Notes under the pieces: model-generated
What the model was told of the DNA's origin: nothing
Seen by the model: only the letters and a program-made list of their open reading frames with translations
The model's database searches: none
Shown here: one piece after another, positions 1 to 9,000 of the stretch
Numbering within the stretch: the stretch's first letter is position 1
How the letters are laid out: every line of letters begins with the position of its first letter
Virus record (IMG/VR): IMGVR_UViG_3300032296_002405
Coordinates: 4,219 to 68,218 of that record
Source of the DNA: a virus
Reading direction: 5' to 3' (one strand)
DNA length: 64,000 nt
Position numbers and translations under genes: made by a program

Positions 1-2
1 AT

Positions 3-3000
3 ATCAATCCGGCAAAATGGGATAAGTTCCTTGAGAAATATCCCGGATCTCAAAAGGTCGAAAAAAAAAAAGAACCTACACCAAGCGTAAAACAACCTAC
101 TGGGGCCGTATCAGAGCGTGGCTTGCCTCCAACCCAACCTATAAGTGGATCAAAGCCTTCCCAAGGTAAAGGTTTTGAAGGAATGCCCGGAGGATATGTT
201 TGGGCTGGAGGTGCAGTCACACCACCACCAACACCTATTCCAACTCCAAAGAAAAAGAAAGAAATATACCAAGAGGATTCGGACAATGTATTGATGAATG
301 CCATCAAGAGGGGTCTGAATCAAGCGGATTTGGCTGCTCAAATGACAGCCACTGGTGGTGACCCTACCATGAAAATAAATGAGGAGATTGCTAGGATTCA
401 AAGGGAAAATAGACAATTGAAATCCAGTGAAGCTTATCAGAAGTTCAATAATGCAACTACAACTAAGGAGGCTTGGGCTGCATTAACCGAGTCTCCTACA
501 AGTTTTGCAACCATTTTAGCGGAGTTGTCACTTGAAAGTCTTACTGCTCAAGCAAAACATGGACTTATTCGTGCTGGTGCGGGAGCTGCAACAGGAGCGG
601 CTGTTGGTAGTGTTATACCTGGAGCCGGAACTGCGGCTGGGGCTGGGGTTGGTATATTAACAGGTCTTGGTCTTGCATCTTTGAATCTTGAGTATTCAGG
701 AAAAATGCTTGAGGTTTTTGATGAAATGGGATTTGATACAACTAATCCACTAGAACTTGAAAAAGCGTTTTCAGATGAGAAAAAAGTAGATGAAGCTAGA
801 AACACAGCATTAAGAAAAGGTATACCTGTAGCTGTTTTTGACATGGTTTCAGGAGGATTGGCCGGTAGGATAGCTACAAAACCAGCAAAGAGTTTACTTG
901 GAAAAGTTGCAACGGAGGCAACTGAAATTGGAACACAAGCTGGATTGGGTATGGCAGGCGAAGCTACTGGTCAGGTTGTAGCGGGTGAAAAGATAAATCC
1001 AGCAGCGATATTGGCTGAAGGTATAGGTGAATTAGGTCCTGGTACTGCTGAGATTATAGGAGGCCGTGTATATAGAAAGATAGCACAACCTAAAACTCCT
1101 AAAGAAGCCGTTTCCACCATAGTTGCTGCTGCATCTCCAAATGCCGATAAGGCAGCATTGGTAAAAGACCAGATTGATTTGTCATTGATGTCAGGTGAGA
1201 TAGATGATGCGCAAGCTGTTGAATATGCCAACGAGGCAATAAAAGCAATTGAATCAGACAAGAGTGTTCCATTACAAATCGAAGGAATAAAAAGGGTTGA
1301 TGTATTGCCGATAATCATTGACAAGTCTGATGTGCAAAATGAGATATCGCAACTTGAAAAACAGAAGGAGACTACGGATGCAGCATTCCATCCGATGATT
1401 GATACTGAAATTAATACAAGGAGAACACGTATTGATGAGTTGACAAGACAGATTCAATCCATATTGACAGCACCTACCGAGGTTGCACCCACCACAGCCC
1501 CGGCTGCTCCTGTTACCGAGACGGACCGTATACGTACCCAGATACTTGATGAGATATTCAAGGATTCCACCGCACAGAACAAGGCTGATGCGTTGGAGCA
1601 GCGTATGAACAACGCAGAGGAGATATCCATGACTGAAATCAATGATGTGCTTGACGGTCTTTACGGCCAGGTCGAGACAATCATGGACAACTACTTTGAC
1701 AACGAGGCGGGCAAGCAGTATGCACAGGCGTTATTGGATAAAATAGATAAAATCAAATCATATGAATTTGCAACAGACAAGGAAACTGCTGTCGTTACCG
1801 AAAGAAAAGCAGTTCAGACTGCTAGAGCTTCTCTCCAAGAAACAGCAAGCGTCATCAACCTCGCAAGGGCGCCAAGGGCAACAGCAACAATCACAAGCGA
1901 AGATGGAACAACCGGAACCTACTCAATCGAAGTCGGTCCCGATGGAGCAGTCACCTTCGAGCAACCCAACACCGAACCAATCCGGATCGGAAATGTCAAT
2001 GATGTAAACAAGACCGCTTCGATTGTAGAGACCGTGTTGAACGAGCAGGGTCTGCCTCAATCGGTGTCGTTCTCGATAACAGGTGAAGACGGACGCAAAC
2101 ATACCATTACGGTAGAGGCCGGTAAGAAACTAAAGCCACAGCAGTTGCTTGACCTGGCTATCAACATTAGGGCGAATGAACTTGGAACCGTAGACCCTGC
2201 GGATTTCGATACAGCGTATGAAGAAGTAACAAGAGAGATAACCACAACCAAACCCAAAACAGATGCCGTTCAAGTCGAAACAGCAGGTCAAGTACCTGTA
2301 CAGCCAGAAGCCGGAACTCGCCAAGAAATGGCGGAAGGAAAGCCCCAAGCAGAACCTCAAGCGCCTACCAAAGAGGGTGTCAAGGAAGAAGTAACTGCAC
2401 CGAAAAAGCAGTCAAAAGCAGACAAATTAAATGAACTGCAAAACCAACTGATCAGGGCCAAGATAAATTCAAGGATTCCGAACATCTTGAAGGCGCTTCA
2501 GTCCGTAGGGGTAAAGATTGAAATCATCGAAGACCCTGCCGAGTATGACAGGATCATGCGTGATGAATATGGAAATAATTACATATCAGCCGGAGTGTAT
2601 GTAGCTGAATCAGGAAAGATTTACTTGAATCCTGAAAGAATGATTGCTACCGGAGAGGGTGTTAAGATCCTATATCACGAAGCCACGCATCCTGTATTGA
2701 ATATCATAAGGAACACGAATAAGCCGCTTTATGATAGGATGGTAAGGGCAATGGAGCAGGCTGAAAAGGCCAGCACAGGCAAAAACCGGGAGGCATTCAG
2801 CAAGCTCAAGAAATTCGGAGAGGCATATGAAGGCATCGGTTATGATGAATCGCAAGTGAATGATGAAAAGCTTACAGAGTTATTGGCATTAATAGGCAAT
2901 GGTGATATCGATTTGACCAAGTTGCCGAAGTCTTTCACTGACACTGTAATCGATTTCCTAAATCAGATAGCTAAATTCTTAGGTATAAAAGCCAGACTGA

Positions 3001-6000
3001 CTCCTACAAGCGACATGGGTGCTTTGAGGCAGGTTGCAAAGGACATTAAGAACTCTTTTGACAAGGGGGTTGATATTGGCGAATTCTTAGGATATGACAA
3101 CAAAGGCAACATAGATGCCAAAGACCTGTTTGTTAACGAGGATGGAACACCTTTCAATCAGATGTCCTTGTCTAACAAGTTCGTTGATTTGATGAACGGT
3201 GTCGTGTTCGAGTATATAGAAGACACCGAGGATTTCAATAAGTTGAAAAGCCAAGGTATTATAACGGATGATAAGAAGTTGTCAGACTATGAAGGTTATT
3301 TCGCAGTGCTTCATATCCCTGACAATGCATTCACAGGAAAGGCATTCAAGGATAACGAATTGATACTTGATGGCAAGGGTGGGGTTTATTTTCCGATAAG
3401 GTTCAATGACAAAGGTTATTTTTGGGCATCAACCAGTAACGCAGCCAAGTCATTGGCTAATATATTGAATGAATCAAGAATGATGAATCCTGATGGGAAG
3501 ATTAGGATGGCATTGATATCTACCGAACCCAAAAAAATACTTTCATCATCTAATGCATCGACAGGTGTTATGGAGATTCTGTTTTCCAAAGCCTTCGATA
3601 AAAGGGCCAAATTGAAAGAAAGCAATGTTATAGACTCTTATGTTGAGGGAGTGAAAATAGCTAACATTGAATTCATTTCAATGTTTGAGAAAAAGATAAA
3701 GGAAAAAATAGCTAATATAAAAAAGGCTAAAAGTGATGCGTCGCGCATGAAAATGCAGAAGAACCTTTCTGATTTCAAGAAAAAGGGTCCTACCAAAGCT
3801 CCAAAGTTGACCAAGTCAATGAGTGCCGATAATATAAAGGCAATCTTGAACGAATTCTTCAGTCCAGATAATTCATCTTTCAGGGAAAGGGAGGCGTTTA
3901 ACACCATTGTACTGGATTTGATTGCACAAAAAGTAAACAATATCGATAAGGTGGCTTCAGAAAGGTATGGTAAGGAGTTAAGAATTGTGGCCACAGAGGT
4001 ATTATCATTCCTAGGTATGACCAAGAATGCGGTTCGACTGAAGTCAACCGGTGGTAGGTTGTCTGCTGCTAATCTTGTACAAGGATTCTCCGATTTCATG
4101 ATGGAGCCTATGTTGAAGGGTGAGGATAAGAACAAGGTATATGCAATATTGGAAGTTGATTCGGAAGTAGAAGCCGTATCGATAGGTAAAGAGCATGGTT
4201 CTTATGATTATGCTGTAAAGCCTATTGATAAGAAAGCCAAGATTACCCTCAATATTTTACAAGATCGTCTTGATTGGAAGGATAATGTGATTGACCCTGA
4301 GACAAACCAACCTATGGATCCTGAAAGGGCCAGTAATGTGTTACCTACATACGGTGTCTCTCCAAAACCTGTGAAACTTGCCGTTTCACAGATGTCGCTG
4401 TACACGGCAACCATAGACGGGGTTGATGTTGAGTTGAAAGGTATTGATGTGGATGTCGTGAACGGATTCTATTCCCCATTGGAACAAGAGGTGTTCGGCT
4501 CCAAACAGGACAAGATGCCTGCCAAGAAATGGCTTGATAGGTTCAAGGGTCGTGAAGAGGCGAAGTGGACCGGTCTGAATGATTGGCTGGATTCACAGGA
4601 AGGTGCTGTTTCCAAACAGGACATCCTTGATTACATGAAGGAGAACCGTATCGTGGTTTCGGAGGTGGTGATGGGCGCAAAAGATTATAGTCAAAGAATA
4701 AAAGAAATAGAGAATGAAATAGATAAAGAAGGGTATTATTTTGAACTCGACATGGGTGGAGAAGGATATATGTTGCTTAATAAGGAAACTGATGATTTGG
4801 CGGAATATGAAGAATTGCCAGAACGAATACAAGACATGTGGAATGAATATAATGAAATTCAAGGACCTGAATTTAATGCCTATTCAAATATTGGTGGTAA
4901 ATACTCCCAGTACCAACTCGAAGGCGAGAAGGAGAATTACAGAGAGGTGTTGGTGACGTTGCCGAGTAAAATTAAACCATATTCAGTTATTGATAATAGA
5001 GATAATTCAATTGTAAAAACATTTGATAAATATTCTGATGCAGTTGAGTTTATTGAATCAAGCAGATTTGGTGATAACTATGATGTAAAAGAAGATAAGT
5101 CTACAACTTTTCAATCCTCCCACTTCGACGAACCCAACATCCTTGTGCATCTGCGTATGAACGAGCGTACCGATGCGGAAGGAAACAAGGTGTTGTTCCT
5201 TGAAGAGGTCCAGTCCGATTGGGCGCAGAAGGGAAGAAGGGAAGGGTTTGATTTAGATAAAAAACAAGTTGAAGAAAAATATAATCAAGCACAATCTGCT
5301 TTATCACAAATTGAAAACAAAATTGAAAACAAATACGGAAAAGACTGGGATCTTCGTGGTGATATTGATGAAGTACTTTCAAAAGAAGATTATGAAAATT
5401 ATCGAAAAGCAGCAGGAGAACGAGCCAAGTGGGGTAATTTATTAGGAAAAGAATATAAAACAGGAATCCCCACCGCCCCGTTCGTCATGAACACATCCGA
5501 CTGGGTGAAGTTGGCGATGCGTGTGGCATTGAAGGAGGCAGTCAAGTCCGGAGCGAACAGCATCGCATGGACTACGGGCGAGCAGCAGAACGACAGGTTT
5601 GATTTGAGTAAGACGATTGATGAGTTGTTTTATCAACAATTGTCTGATGGTAAAGGGAATTTAATTGATAGGTATTATATAAGGGGTACTAAAAATCAAA
5701 CAAGGTTAATTGAAAAAGATAATTTACAAGCATCTGAATTAGAACAATATGTTGGTAAAGAAGTAGCTGAAAAAATAATTAATGGAGAAACTGAAGGTGT
5801 ACTAAAAGGTATTGACCTCAAGGTCGGCGGCAAGGGCATGATTGGTTTCTATGGGACCGTAACCAAGCCCGGTATCGTAGGACAGGTCGCATCCAAGCTG
5901 TTTGGACAGGAGGTAGTTGCGACTGAAATAAACGGTGTTGAGCAACCATCCGTTAAGGTCACTCCACAGATGAAAGCCGAAGTCAAAAGGGGACTGCCGC

Positions 6001-9000
6001 AGATGTCGCTGATGGGAACACGGATGGTAGTTGAGAAACCAAACGAGCCTACCCTCAAGGCTGCTGGTCTGACACCTTCCGAAGTGGAACAATGGAAAAA
6101 GAAAAACAAGGTATCACAGCGTGAGGGAAGGGTCACCGGTGTTCAGAAATCAGCACAAGATCTTTATGAGGGTAAGATAACCGTATACCAACACATAGCG
6201 AACGTAAGGAAAGAACAACCCGCTAGAACCTATCAGGCCGTTCCACAACTTCCTTCATACAAAGATGTGACATCTTCACTTGCTGAAAATCAAATGGAGA
6301 CAGGTGTGGTGGGTCTGAACAAAGGCATAACACAAGGAACACAAGTAGGAGCAAGACTAGATATACCGTCATTCAATAATTACGGCACTAATGTTGTTTC
6401 AATACACGAAGCTACGGGATCAGGAAAAGCCATAGGGTACGGTCGTACCGCATCATTATCCAATGTTAAATTCAAGACAAGTCCAAGTGCCGCATTGAAA
6501 GTAGCTATGGGCGAATCGAAAGGGACATGGGCTAGGATGATTGGTTCCTGGAATAACGAAAGCGACCAATCAGTAGTTGACCGTGCCAAGCAGGCTATCA
6601 GCAGTGGTGAATGGATACAAATCGGTATCAATCCGTTCCGACACAGTTGGTTTTACAATAGGGCCACTGGTATGCCGGTGATGGAAGCTGCCGAGGTGTT
6701 ACAGGTAGGCAATATGGTATTGGCTAGGGGTGCAAGGGAACTGAACCTGAACAATGCAAAGGACAAGGCTGAATTCGAGGAGACATTCAAAGTTAAACTT
6801 AAAAGTGGTGCTATAGGTCAGTTCTCGCTGATGGGTGAGAGAGATGTCGCCAAGAGGTTGGAGGGGGTGGGCAGAAACAACTATGATAAACTGATTGATA
6901 TATATGTTAAAAACAGAATAAATGGAAGACCATTAAGGATATCAATTCAAGACATGATGAATGAAGAACCTTTGTCGTTAACATTCAACAATGTTGAACC
7001 ATTTTCAAGGGAGCCATATGCGGTTCAATTTTCAGATGGATGGCCAATGGTTAGGTTAACTGATGGAAGATATACTGATGGCGATTTGATATATGAATCA
7101 TGGGATCAATTAATTGAACTAAATAAGGATAATATTGATGAGTATTTTATGGATTTGGAAACAAATCGTGAAATTGATGTCAGGAATGATGTTCGAGTAA
7201 AACAAATTGAAAATAATAGTTATGATTCATTATCTGACATAGGATTTTGGAATAAAGCCACTAAAAATCTGTCAGAATATCTTGGGTATACATCACCTAT
7301 GCAGATGCAAGAGGAAAGTCTGGAAGATGCTGAAATAGCAATGAATTTGACAGCAAAAGCGGTTGATTTATATAATGAAGGTAAAATAAAGACTGACATT
7401 GATTTTTACACAAAAGTTCTTGGTTTGACTAATGAAGAGGCTAAATCTAAAATAAAGAATGTCTCATTTGCAGATGCTTTGTCTCAAATGTATGTTGAAT
7501 CAAAGAAAAGAGGCTCCAATCCTGAACTCGTCAAGGCCGTAGAGGATGCCATAGATAAACCCCGTGGCCAGGCATCGCTGGTCGGCACTCGTGGCATCCG
7601 ACCTACCACTAGGGAGGATGTTGAGGCGGCATTGTCCCGTGGAGACAGGGTCATTGCAACACTTGAGATGGATGATGAGCCTATAGAAATAACCAGCATG
7701 GCTATGGTTGACCGTATCGATCTCGATACGACCGTAATCATTCCGGATGTCAAGGGCAAGATGAAGAAGGCGTTCCCCAACGGTCAGATGTCGATATTCG
7801 CTCCAAGGGGTATGATGAATACCGCTGAAGAGGCAAAGAGGCAATATCCGTATCATCAAATATTGGTAGATATAGGTTTGGATGCGTACCGGAACCAAGG
7901 CATCCGCAACTACGCTTCGTTCGTGACCTATGCGAAACAGTTTGATGCATCCATTAACAAGAACCCTTACATGAAAAGGGTTTGGGAGGATGTGACTCGT
8001 ATCGTGAACGGCAAGAAACCGCTCATACAAAGCGAAAAAGACTATAGGGATTTCCTTATCAAGGAGAACGACGTACCCGTAGCCAATGCGGAAAGGTTGA
8101 AGAAACGCAACTACAAGAGCATGGTTACAAGGACCAAGGGCGCATTGCTTGATTCCAGGGCCGAACTATTCAAGGCGCTATCAGAATCCAGCAACAGGCT
8201 GTGGTCTATTGCCGCCAACTATGTAAATGTAATCGGTGGTATGGGAGCCAAGTCCATATATACTGCTAACTTTTTGGCTGATGGTGTTTTCAAAGGATTA
8301 AGCACCAAGAAGGAATACCTAATAGGTGACCAGATGCAGTCCGAGAGTACGATATTCAACCATATGCTTGTCCGTATCCGTGTGCTGGAGATTCAGCGCA
8401 AGATGCAGGATAAGTTTGATGAGTTCATGGATGTTGATTCAAAAATAAAAGAAATAGAAACAGCCAGTAAGGACTTGAAAATGTATGCCAGGGAAATGGA
8501 TTCACTTGAGAAAAAATACAATAAACTCAAGGACAAGAATACCCAGGAGGCGATTGATATGCTTGATAAGATAAACGAGTATATGGATTCAATTAAGGTT
8601 ACTCAAGATCTGATAAAAAAGGAACATGGTGACTTGAAAGTCGACAAGGATGGAAACTACATCGTTCCATCGGAGTATATAGACACACGTGACAATGTAC
8701 GCAGGTATCTTGACCGGAACAATATGCTTATTCAGGACTCAAATGGTAAGTATTCACTAGGAACATACCAATTCGCAAACAACCTGAACGAACGCACCGC
8801 TTTCAATGAGAATGAGCAGGTGTTGGAACAATACCCAGAATTATACGAAAAACTGATGCAACGGGCCGATGCGTATCACCAAGCCTTCATAACCTTACTG
8901 GATATGCAGAAGGATGCCGGTATGCTATCCAAAGAGAGTTACGATGATATGGTAAAGTACAAGTATGTTCCGATGCGATATATCGGACATATGATTGAGG

